From Epithemia pelagica (lineage: Eukaryota > Protista > Bacillariophyta): 64,000 nucleotides of DNA. The notes under the pieces are model-generated. The model was not told the DNA's origin. It worked only from the letters and a program-made list of their open reading frames with translations, and did not search any database. Both the position numbers and the translations under genes were made by a program. Positions 1 to 9,284 of this stretch are shown in pieces (position 1 is the first letter of the stretch; each line of letters opens with the position of its first letter). The stretch spans positions 1 to 64,000 of the forward strand of contig OX337235.1 in the NCBI GenBank assembly GCA_946965045.2, read 5' to 3'.

Positions 1-512
1 CCTAACCCTAACCCTAACCCTAACCCTAACCCTAACCCTAACCCTAACCCTAACCCTAACCCTAACCCTAACCCTAACCCTAACCCTAACCCTAACCCTA
101 ACCCTAACCCTAACCCTAACCCTAACCCTAACCCTAACCCTAACCCTAACCCTAACCCTAACCCTAACCCTAACCCTAACCCTAACCCTAACCCTAACCC
201 TAACCCTAACCCTAACCCTAACCCTAACCCTAACCCTAACCCTAACCCTAACCCTAACCCTAACCCTAACCCTAACCCTAACCCTAACCCTAACCCTAAC
301 CCTAACCCTAACCCTAACCCTAACCCTAACCCTAACCCTAACCCTAACCCTAACCCTAACCCTAACCCTAACCCTAACCCTAACCCTAACCCTAACCCTA
401 ACCCTAACCCTAACCCTAACCCTAACCCTAACCCTAACCCTAACCCTAACCCTAACCCTAACCCTAACCCTAACCCTAACCCTAACCCTAACCCTAACCC
501 TAACCCTAACCC
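1..512. repeat. Telomeric tract (CCCTAA)n, ~85 units; left chromosome end
   Basis: Perfect CCCTAA tandem array from base 1 to 512, joined directly to unique sequence ATGGTTTTGCCC at 513. Confidence 0.99.
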
Positions 513-2899
513 ATGGTTTTGCCCGATCCACAAGGTTGAAGCATAAGTTTATGTCTTCCCGGTGAATTGGTGCACATATCAATTGCTGTTTCTTGATTGC
601 CTCGGAAAGTTGCCTCTTCATTACCCAACAACAATCGTAATGCTTCTAACCGATGCTGACGGCTTGTTATTGTCAGCTGATGGCATACCGAGTCCATGAT
701 CATACATTTGGTACCGATGTAACGATGAAATCGGGCATAGTAGATCTCATGACTGTTGCTCACGCGTGTCTGGTAGTTGGACATTGCAGTCTGTTGGGAG
801 TGCTTACTCAACTCACTCAATGCTGTTGAAGAGACCAATGCCTGACTGTTGCTGTCTGGAAAGAGCAAGTTCACAAGAGAAGTCCAGAACTGTCGAACAA
901 CCACCAAACCAGGACGACTATCCAAGCTGAAAATCTCTTGGGCAACATCCTCAAAGAAAAACCTCCGGTCATTACCATATTGTGGAAAAAATCTCCTTGC
1001 ATTGGGCCCATTCCAAACTTTCAGCACCACAACTCTGAAGAGAAATAGACACCTTGCTATGATCCGAGGCATCTTGTGTTCAACGGGGGGGGGGGGGGGG
1101 GTGGGTTGATCATAAGCTTGCAGTTTGGGTTGTTTACGACTCGGTGCAGAAACATATAAATCTTGGTAGTTTGTATTTTTCCACCGAAGCTGAGTCACAT
1201 CGAGACAATGGACCTCTGAGAACCGATCTGCACCACAGCCAAAACCATGGATGGCAAATTCCAACAAGGCAGTTAGTCGTTCGAACTGACTTTTCACCAC
1301 TTCCTTGCATTCCAAATCTTGTGTGTTGGTACCATCTGGCAGCGATCCCAAACCCTTGGACCACTCCACAATAGTCAAGTCACCAACTAAGCAGAGGAAT
1401 TTCTCGTATGCCTTTCCGACAAAGCATGCATCAAAAATACCATGGGCCTTTTCCACAACCGAAGGAACGACCTTAGACCAATGTGCTTTTTGGAATGCAT
1501 GTCCGTCAATAATGATATTGAAGAACTCATCGACCACAACCTCCCTTTTAGGAGGCTTCTCTTGATATTGCTTCCTCAAAGAATAAATCTTAGGACAGAG
1601 AAAGTGTATTGTAGGACAATGTCTGTACCGTTCCATGACCTGCTCCACCAACTTGCCCTGCCCATCGTAGTATTTTAAGCCAGCCGCAACCCCACAGCGA
1701 AGCAGATGTAAAAGGTCAGCTAGAAAGAGATGAAAGAAGACATGAGATTTGAACAACCAAGTATATTCATTGACAGGGGGAAAGGGGGACTCACCGAGTT
1801 CTTGAGCGGCAACTCCACATGATTTCAACCTCAAGCCATTCTTCGTCTTAGTGAACAACCTCTGCCGAGAGAACAGTAACACTACCCCTGAGTCGGACCA
1901 ACCAGAAATCTCACTGTCGAGTACCAACTCTGTCAGGAGTGACCCAAGAACACAATTTTGGAATGCAGTGTCCACAGAGAATCCATCACCTTCAACCTGG
2001 CGGCAAAAATAGTCCCATCTCTTCCACTGCCTCTGATGCAGGAAACACAAGAGAGAGAGGAGTAGAGGTTTCACTCGTTTGTCATAATCATGTCGATGGC
2101 TGAAATTCCATGAGTGATCCACATCACCATCATGGAAAGCAAACTTAGCAATCCGACTCCGAATGTCTGCTGGAATCCCCATTACGATCGAAGCCATCCT
2201 GTCCAGAAGGTAACAACCAACCTGATAGAGTCGGTTGATTGCAGTGTTATTTCCTCTCTTATGATACTCGGCTTCAAACATAATGCCTTGTTCAATGTCT
2301 CCAAGGGCATTCTCCAACGTGCCAGGAATCATATTACTCAGTACATCGGGCCACCTTCCTAAAGTGTTGCTTGGATGCAATAATGGTTCAATCAAACTTG
2401 CAAACTCGTTGGGTAACCTGCTGCGGGGCAGCGGCATGGTGAATATTGAATTCTCAACTTGAATTATTGGGGTCCAGTCGGTTTCTTGCTGCATGGTTTC
2501 TCTTTGGGGCCTTGGCATGAAGCATCCACACTTCAGCTTGAGGAAAGTCTTGGCAATGACTTTGGCACTAGCGCAACAACCAGCAACGTGCTTCTCGCAC
2601 AAAAGCTTCACATGAAACATCTTGTCACAGTCACTACAGAAATACTTGATTCTTGTATCATTTGACTCATGAATGAAACAATCAAACGGTTGGTTGTTGG
2701 CATTCTCCACAAGAGTGTGTATTTTGTTACCAAGATGTCTCCCAGGAAAGCGAAAGGACACCCCATGAATTTTGGAGCAGGTCTTGGCGTGGCGGGCAAG
2801 ACACTTCATGTTTGCTCGGAAACCACCACCACAGAGCTTACAGACCAAGCCACAGGGTGTGGCAAAGTCCACAAGCCCCAAGTAATTGTCAAACTCCAT
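506..2899 (-). CDS. Telomere-linked Zn-finger/tyrosine-recombinase-like/RecQ-like helicase fusion protein, copy 1, truncated by the telomere just after Walker A
   Basis: First ATG at 2899 (the track start at 2926 is TTG). N-terminal CxxC..H..C..H and CxxC..F..K..C..H zinc-finger-like motifs. YR-like catalytic order GADRFSE (R ~1223), RKQPK, VVRQFWTS (~893), LSKHSQQTAMSNY (H ~800, Y ~773). Then helicase Q-motif FRGNQ and Walker A PCGSGKT. The stop codon TAG (506-508) lies in the telomere. Confidence 0.75.
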   Translation of the reverse strand: MEFDNYLGLVDFATPCGLVCKLCGGGFRANMKCLARHAKTCSKIHGVSFRFPGRHLGNKIHTLVENANNQPFDCFIHESNDTRIKYFCSDCDKMFHVKLLCEKHVAGCCASAKVIAKTFLKLKCGCFMPRPQRETMQQETDWTPIIQVENSIFTMPLPRSRLPNEFASLIEPLLHPSNTLGRWPDVLSNMIPGTLENALGDIEQGIMFEAEYHKRGNNTAINRLYQVGCYLLDRMASIVMGIPADIRSRIAKFAFHDGDVDHSWNFSHRHDYDKRVKPLLLSLLCFLHQRQWKRWDYFCRQVEGDGFSVDTAFQNCVLGSLLTELVLDSEISGWSDSGVVLLFSRQRLFTKTKNGLRLKSCGVAAQELGESPFPPVNEYTWLFKSHVFFHLFLADLLHLLRCGVAAGLKYYDGQGKLVEQVMERYRHCPTIHFLCPKIYSLRKQYQEKPPKREVVVDEFFNIIIDGHAFQKAHWSKVVPSVVEKAHGIFDACFVGKAYEKFLCLVGDLTIVEWSKGLGSLPDGTNTQDLECKEVVKSQFERLTALLEFAIHGFGCGADRFSEVHCLDVTQLRWKNTNYQDLYVSAPSRKQPKLQAYDQPTPPPPPVEHKMPRIIARCLFLFRVVVLKVWNGPNARRFFPQYGNDRRFFFEDVAQEIFSLDSRPGLVVVRQFWTSLVNLLFPDSNSQALVSSTALSELSKHSQQTAMSNYQTRVSNSHEIYYARFHRYIGTKCMIMDSVCHQLTITSRQHRLEALRLLLGNEEATFRGNQETAIDMCTNSPGRHKLMLQPCGSGKTMG

Positions 2900-3257
2900 G
2901 GTGGCTGTTGTCGTTCCTATGGTCAAAATAGGTTTTGGACGTATGACCCTTTGCAGCCAAAAAAGAGGCCCTAAAGAGGGTCATTCACCTCAAAAACTGA
3001 AAAGGCCCTAACACCAGAGATCATTCACCTCAAAATCTTTGAGCGACAAGAAGGAATATGGTTTACTATGGAGAGTTAATGTAGGTTTGCAAATCGACCT
3101 TCTTGTGGTCGAAATCGACCTTTTTGTGGTCGCACTAAAATTTCGCACGCAACAATACAGTGATTCAAAATTGACCTTTTTGTGGTCGCGCATGTGATTC
3201 TACAGAATGAACTTAGTGCGCACGACAAAAAGGTCGATTTCTAGCAAAACCCTTAGG
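513..3257. repeat. Subtelomeric duplicated block, copy 1 (matches 4270-7009)
   Basis: Direct repeat at offset 3757/3753/3752. Differences seen: a few substitutions (e.g. 2567, 2794, ~2886, ~2936), poly-G 17 vs 13, and a 1-bp indel near 3126. Identity ends exactly at CCTTAGG. Confidence 0.97.
3091..3240. promoter_or_regulatory. Cluster of AAATCGACCTTTTTGTGGTCG-like motifs (3 direct + 1 inverted) at the element end; candidate protein-binding sites
   Basis: Copies at 3091-3111, 3112-3132 and 3168-3188, inverted copy at ~3221-3240, 10 bp from CCTTAGG (3251). Also present in copy 2 (~6843-6992). Function is inferred. Confidence 0.5.
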
Positions 3258-3375
3258 CCCAAAGAAGGGTCATTTCACACAAAAATCTGACCCAGTCGCA
3301 CTTGTAGTGACGGGAAATGAAACTAGTCGAGCTAGGACTAACTAATAAGCATGGGCATAGGTATGACTAGAATAG

Positions 3376-3505
3376 GGCTGTTCTAGTGGGCTGTTCTGCA
3401 GTGGGACAGCAGGCTGTTCTGCAGTGGGACAGGGCACTTCTGCAGTGGGACAGAGGGCGATTCTGCAGTGGGACAAGTGGGATGGGGGCTGTTCTGCAGT
3501 GGGAC
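3376..3505. repeat. Minisatellite with TTCTGCAGTGGGAC core x5
   Basis: Core at 3394, 3417, 3438, 3461 and 3492, with variable 7-17 bp linkers. Confidence 0.9.
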
Positions 3506-3791
3506 GCTAGAGTCTACGTAGGCCTACGGACAGGCACTTTCTCCTTAGGGTGTCACAATTGTAGCATCTAAACATGACAAGCCAATGCCCTGATTGGAAC
3601 GGATCTTCTTCACAGGCCGTCTCTGGGATGGAGATGGCGTTCCAGGCCCATTGTTGGTAGCCATTGCTGGTTTCCTCGTGTGCATGGAACAGAGGAAGAG
3701 ACATAACCAGCCGACTCTCAAGCAAAAGCAAGGATGGGCCTCTTTGCAAGAGTCATAATTCATGAAACAACAATGACCTTTTGTTGGGCCA

Positions 3792-3849
3792 ATTGAGGTT
3801 TTCAGGTGGAGATGTTGGTCCTATTGAGGTTTTCAGGTGAAGATGTTTG
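3792..3849. repeat. 31-bp tandem duplication (ATTGAGGTTTTCAGGTG.AGATGTT)
   Basis: Two copies starting at 3792 and 3823. Confidence 0.85.
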
Positions 3850-3996
3850 GCGCGAAGGGGCACGCAGGCGAGCTTTTCGCGCCAAAGAATGGGGGAACAA
3901 CTAAGAGTGCGGTAATGGTTGGTAATCAATGAAATTAAGGACTGATATTGAATATGAGTGCTTAGAAATTAGACTTGAGCGGGGCATAGATATTCT

Positions 3997-4096
3997 GTGC
4001 TCATCTGCACAAGGGGCAGTGCTCTTTTGCAACAAAAGGCATATATATCAGTGCTCATATGCACAGATACTATAGCCCCTTGTGCTCATATGCACA
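3997..4096. repeat. GTGCTCATATGCACA-like motif x4
   Basis: Copies at 3997, 4019 (degenerate), 4051 and 4082. Confidence 0.8.
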
Positions 4097-4121
4097 CGTT
4101 CAAATCCTACGGTGTCTAGTA

Positions 4122-6652
4122 CTAAAGACACCCAAAAAAGGCAAATATCCTTAGGGCCTTGACTTTGACCATTTGATAGCTAGCCAAGAAGTTGTAGGGA
4201 ACAAGAAACATGTTGGTCGAAGTCTTCAGTCCTCGAATGGATTCCACCACACAACGCACCAAGATGTTCATGGTTTTGCCCGATCCACAAGGTTGAAGCA
4301 TAAGTTTATGTCTTCCCGGTGAATTGGTGCACATATCAATTGCTGTTTCTTGATTGCCTCGGAAAGTTGCCTCTTCATTACCCAACAACAATCGTAATGC
4401 TTCTAACCGATGCTGACGGCTTGTTATTGTCAGCTGATGGCATACCGAGTCCATGATCATACATTTGGTACCGATGTAACGATGAAATCGGGCATAGTAG
4501 ATCTCATGACTGTTGCTCACGCGTGTCTGGTAGTTGGACATTGCAGTCTGTTGGGAGTGCTTACTCAACTCACTCAATGCTGTTGAAGAGACCAATGCCT
4601 GACTGTTGCTGTCTGGAAAGAGCAAGTTCACAAGAGAAGTCCAGAACTGTCGAACAACCACCAAACCAGGACGACTATCCAAGCTGAAAATCTCTTGGGC
4701 AACATCCTCAAAGAAAAACCTCCGGTCATTACCATATTGTGGAAAAAATCTCCTTGCATTGGGCCCATTCCAAACTTTCAGCACCACAACTCTGAAGAGA
4801 AATAGACACCTTGCTATGATCCGAGGCATCTTGTGTTCAACGGGGGGGGGGGGGTGGGTTGATCATAAGCTTGCAGTTTGGGTTGTTTACGACTCGGTGC
4901 AGAAACATATAAATCTTGGTAGTTTGTATTTTTCCACCGAAGCTGAGTCACATCGAGACAATGGACCTCTGAGAACCGATCTGCACCACAGCCAAAACCA
5001 TGGATGGCAAATTCCAACAAGGCAGTTAGTCGTTCGAACTGACTTTTCACCACTTCCTTGCATTCCAAATCTTGTGTGTTGGTACCATCTGGCAGCGATC
5101 CCAAACCCTTGGACCACTCCACAATAGTCAAGTCACCAACTAAGCAGAGGAATTTCTCGTATGCCTTTCCGACAAAGCATGCATCAAAAATACCATGGGC
5201 CTTTTCCACAACCGAAGGAACGACCTTAGACCAATGTGCTTTTTGGAATGCATGTCCGTCAATAATGATATTGAAGAACTCATCGACCACAACCTCCCTT
5301 TTAGGAGGCTTCTCTTGATATTGCTTCCTCAAAGAATAAATCTTAGGACAGAGAAAGTGTATTGTAGGACAATGTCTGTACCGTTCCATGACCTGCTCCA
5401 CCAACTTGCCCTGCCCATCGTAGTATTTTAAGCCAGCCGCAACCCCACAGCGAAGCAGATGTAAAAGGTCAGCTAGAAAGAGATGAAAGAAGACATGAGA
5501 TTTGAACAACCAAGTATATTCATTGACAGGGGGAAAGGGGGACTCACCGAGTTCTTGAGCGGCAACTCCACATGATTTCAACCTCAAGCCATTCTTCGTC
5601 TTAGTGAACAACCTCTGCCGAGAGAACAGTAACACTACCCCTGAGTCGGACCAACCAGAAATCTCACTGTCGAGTACCAACTCTGTCAGGAGTGACCCAA
5701 GAACACAATTTTGGAATGCAGTGTCCACAGAGAATCCATCACCTTCAACCTGGCGGCAAAAATAGTCCCATCTCTTCCACTGCCTCTGATGCAGGAAACA
5801 CAAGAGAGAGAGGAGTAGAGGTTTCACTCGTTTGTCATAATCATGTCGATGGCTGAAATTCCATGAGTGATCCACATCACCATCATGGAAAGCAAACTTA
5901 GCAATCCGACTCCGAATGTCTGCTGGAATCCCCATTACGATCGAAGCCATCCTGTCCAGAAGGTAACAACCAACCTGATAGAGTCGGTTGATTGCAGTGT
6001 TATTTCCTCTCTTATGATACTCGGCTTCAAACATAATGCCTTGTTCAATGTCTCCAAGGGCATTCTCCAACGTGCCAGGAATCATATTACTCAGTACATC
6101 GGGCCACCTTCCTAAAGTGTTGCTTGGATGCAATAATGGTTCAATCAAACTTGCAAACTCGTTGGGTAACCTGCTGCGGGGCAGCGGCATGGTGAATATT
6201 GAATTCTCAACTTGAATTATTGGGGTCCAGTCGGTTTCTTGCTGCATGGTTTCTCTTTGGGGCCTTGGCATGAAGCATCCACACTTCAGCTTGAGGAAAG
6301 TCTTGGCAATGACTTTGGCCCTAGCGCAACAACCAGCAACGTGCTTCTCGCACAAAAGCTTCACATGAAACATCTTGTCACAGTCACTACAGAAATACTT
6401 GATTCTTGTATCATTTGACTCATGAATGAAACAATCAAACGGTTGGTTGTTGGCATTCTCCACAAGAGTGTGTATTTTGTTACCAAGATGTCTCCCAGGA
6501 AAGCGAAAGGACACCCCATGAATTTTGGAGCAGGTCTTGGCGTGGCAGGCAAGACACTTCATGTTTGCTCGGAAACCACCACCACAGAGCTTACAGACCA
6601 AGCCACAGGGTGTGGCAAAGTCCACAAGCCCCAAGTAATCGTCAAACTCCAT
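4122..6652 (-). pseudogene. Zn-finger/YR/RecQ-like fusion, copy 2; frameshifted at the poly-G tract (13 G) and truncated after helicase motif Ia
   Basis: ORFs 4814-6679 and 4122-4829 together reproduce copy 1. The reading extends past Walker A to a motif-Ia-like FLVPYNFLASYQ, then loses helicase character at CCTTAGG (4149-4155). The frameshift may be a homopolymer sequencing error. Confidence 0.7.
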
Positions 6653-7009
6653 GGTGGCTGTTGTCGTTCCTATGGTCAAAATAGGTTTGGGACGTATGAC
6701 CCTTTGCAGCCAAAAAAGAGGCCCTAAAGAGGGTCATTCACCTCAAAAACTGAAAAGGCCCTAACACCAGAGATCATTCACCTCAAAATCTTTGAGCGAC
6801 AAGAAGGAATATGGTTTACTATGGAGAGTTAATGTAGGTTTGCAAATCGACCTTCTTGTGGTCGAAATCGACCTTTTTTGGTCGCACTAAAATTTCGCAC
6901 GCAACAATACAGTGATTCAAAATTGACCTTTTTGTGGTCGCGCATGTGATTCTACAGAATGAACTTAGTGCGCACGACAAAAAGGTCGATTTCTAGCAAA
7001 ACCCTTAGG
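4270..7009. repeat. Subtelomeric duplicated block, copy 2
   Basis: Near-identical to 513-3257. Confidence 0.97.
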
Positions 7010-7040
7010 GTTCTTGATAACCAATCTAACAGAAAGCCCG

Positions 7041-7740
7041 AAACCGCTTTAATTGTAATAGCGTGATTGGAATGAAGGACAGAGCTGAGTGAAACAAGCA
7101 ACAATCAGACAGATGCCCCAAGCCGCTTTAATTGTAGCGTGGTGATTGGAATGGCAGAGCTGCAAGATAGTGCAAGTGTCAAAGATAGGACAAATGTCGA
7201 CAATATTTCGAATGCTCTGGTGGTCGTTCTTCTTCTTGGGTTCCTCTTCTTCTTGTTTTCCTGTTGTAGCGGTTTTGGAGTGAAGGTTGTGGTTGAAAGG
7301 AAGCAAGCAACAATCAGACAGATGCCCCAAGCCGCTTTAGTTGTAGCGTGATTGGAATGGCAGAGCTGCAAGATAGTACAAGTGTCAATGTCTCGAATGC
7401 TCTGGCCGTGCTTGAGTTCCTCTTCTTCTGGTGCAGCGGTTTTGGAGTGAAGGTGGCTGAAGAGGAAGCAAGGAACAAAAAGGTGGCTGAAAAGGAACCA
7501 AGCAACAATCAGACAGATGCCCCAAGCCGCTTTAATTGTAGCGTGATTGGAATGGCAGAGCTGTTAGGTTGGTGAAAGAAGTTGGATAGGTGAAAGGATT
7601 GAAAAGGGAATCTCGGCAGAGAGAAAGCAAGCAACAAAAAGGTGGCTGAAAAGGAACCAACCAACAATCAGACAGATGCCCCAAGCCGCTTTAATTGTAG
7701 CGTGATTGAATGGCAGAGCTGTTAGGTTGATGAAAGAAGC
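7041..7740. repeat. Degenerate tandem array with a conserved ~65-bp core (CAACAATCAGACAGATGCCCCAAGCCGCTTTAATTGTAGCGTGATTGGAATGGCAGAGCTG), 4 full + 1 partial copies
   Basis: Cores at ~7099, ~7308, ~7503 and ~7662, partial at ~7044. The 95-145 bp intervening segments are related to each other. Confidence 0.9.
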
Positions 7741-8479
7741 TGGATAGATAATGGGATTGAACAGGGGAATCTCGATAGCGTTGGGTGATCGATTGCTGTT
7801 GTTGCTGCTGCTGCTGTTGTTGTTTGTTGTGGTGTGTTGGGTGGAGGTGGAGGGAGATGAATGAGCATCGATTCTGGTGGTTGTTGATTGTTGAATGACT
7901 AGTATGCTAGGTTGTTCGGTTTTATTCGATGGATCAGAGTGTCGAGTTGGTAATCCCCGCGGTTTGGGTGATTGGGAAGGAGGATCCATCTGAGACATTC
8001 TTTGGGACATCCATGTGCGTCAGTCTTTCTGGCAGCTGCTGTGTGATGTGGTGGGAGTGGAAATTCGTGATTCAAAGGTGAGGGGACAGACGCTTGCGCA
8101 TGAGGGTTGCGTCATGCGCGTCTCGGGGGGGGGTCAAGCGCGCCAGATAGTTGTAGTGCGCATTATCGGAGTGTGGCGCGCGTTATTCGTGGTTTGATCG
8201 CGGGCTTGTGCGCATTAAAATTGTTGCATGCGCGTGATAGTTAGCTCGATCTCTAGAACTAGCTAGAGAAATGTGCATTGTTAGACCTAGATTTGCAGAT
8301 TTAGTTGGGAAAGCAGGATTATAGTTAAAAACTGCGCATATAAAAATAAACTGCGCATAAAAAATTTTAATTCGGCGAATTTTTTCTAGAAATTCGCTTT
8401 TGGGGGTGGAAATCAAGCGCCAGGGCCCATTTCCCTCCTTAGATGTACGGCCACCCCATCATGATCCGACCATCACATG

Positions 8480-8960
8480 CTTCATATCGGTACCATGGCA
8501 GTGCATTGTGAGGGGCACAGTGCATGCGGGCCATTCTAGGAAATGACCAATACAGTGACGCTGTAATACGGCACAATAGGAGACCATGATGGCGTGAACA
8601 TACATTAGAGTTGCTGTTTTGCTATCAATACACTGTGTAACTACTACTGTGATGTGTATTGTGTACCAATAGGTGTCCAAACAATGCAAGATAAGAGCCA
8701 TATAGTTCATTTGAGTTGCTTCGTTCGAAATGGCAAGACGTCGCTTCCGTATCTCTGCCACGAGGCATGGCGCCTATGAGTCTGATGCATAATAGCCTTA
8801 ACCTTTAAATTTTGGTGATGCCGATGCATTCTGCACTATTGGTTTGAGGTCTATGACTAGGTAGACAGGTTTCACGAGTCCAAATAGGTGCACAACAACC
8901 TGTGCAACACCATGGCCCGTGTTGTTATCGTGGTGGAGGAAATGAGATATGCCGGCCGAC
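8480..8960 (-). pseudogene. Possible highly degenerate RecQ C-terminal remnant (motifs V/VI, Zn-binding region)
   Basis: Across shifting minus frames: STT..GHGVAQVVVHLFG, then RGRDTEATSCHF (compare GRAGRDG..A.C.L), then QRHCIGHFL..C...HC. Weak, by eye only. Confidence 0.25.
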
Positions 8961-9177
8961 TGGAAACAGGTTATTTTTGGCAAATAGGTATGGGGGTGGC
9001 TCAGAGAAATTACACCCTATAAGCCACCCCCGCTAGGGGGTATCCTTAGGATTATCATTGAGACAAAACTCCTTTAGCGTTAGTCCCTATCCATGTTGTC
9101 ATGTTACAATGGTCATATTGAATATAATCGCGCGGGAGAAAAAATGGCGCACCAGAGCCCGGCTTAATTGGTTTTTC

Positions 9178-9284
9178 AGCTCAAGTGCAAAGTGGCATAT
9201 CAAAACCAAAGCTCAAGTGCAAAAGGGGCCATACCTAGCTGTACCCACGGGAGCTCATATGCAAAATATGCAGCTCAAGTGCAA
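9178..9284. repeat. AGCTCAAGTGCAA / AGCTCATATGCAA motif x4
   Basis: Copies at 9178, 9210, 9252 and 9272; related to the motif at 3997-4096. Confidence 0.8.

Noticed and set aside
2900-2926. N-terminal extensions given by the ORF track (also 17357-17614, 25737-26123, 49820-50125, 50298-50615)
   Set aside because: They begin at non-ATG or far-upstream codons and read as UTR-like sequence; downstream ATGs fit the protein families better.
3550-4121. Spliced continuation of the helicase ORF beyond 4122
   Set aside because: No DExH motif II or later motifs in the minus-strand ORFs at 3507-3763; the region is made of short non-coding repeats.
7041-7740. CRISPR-like repeat/spacer array
   Set aside because: Eukaryotic context, ~65-bp core, 95-145 bp linkers that are homologous to each other, and no cas genes.
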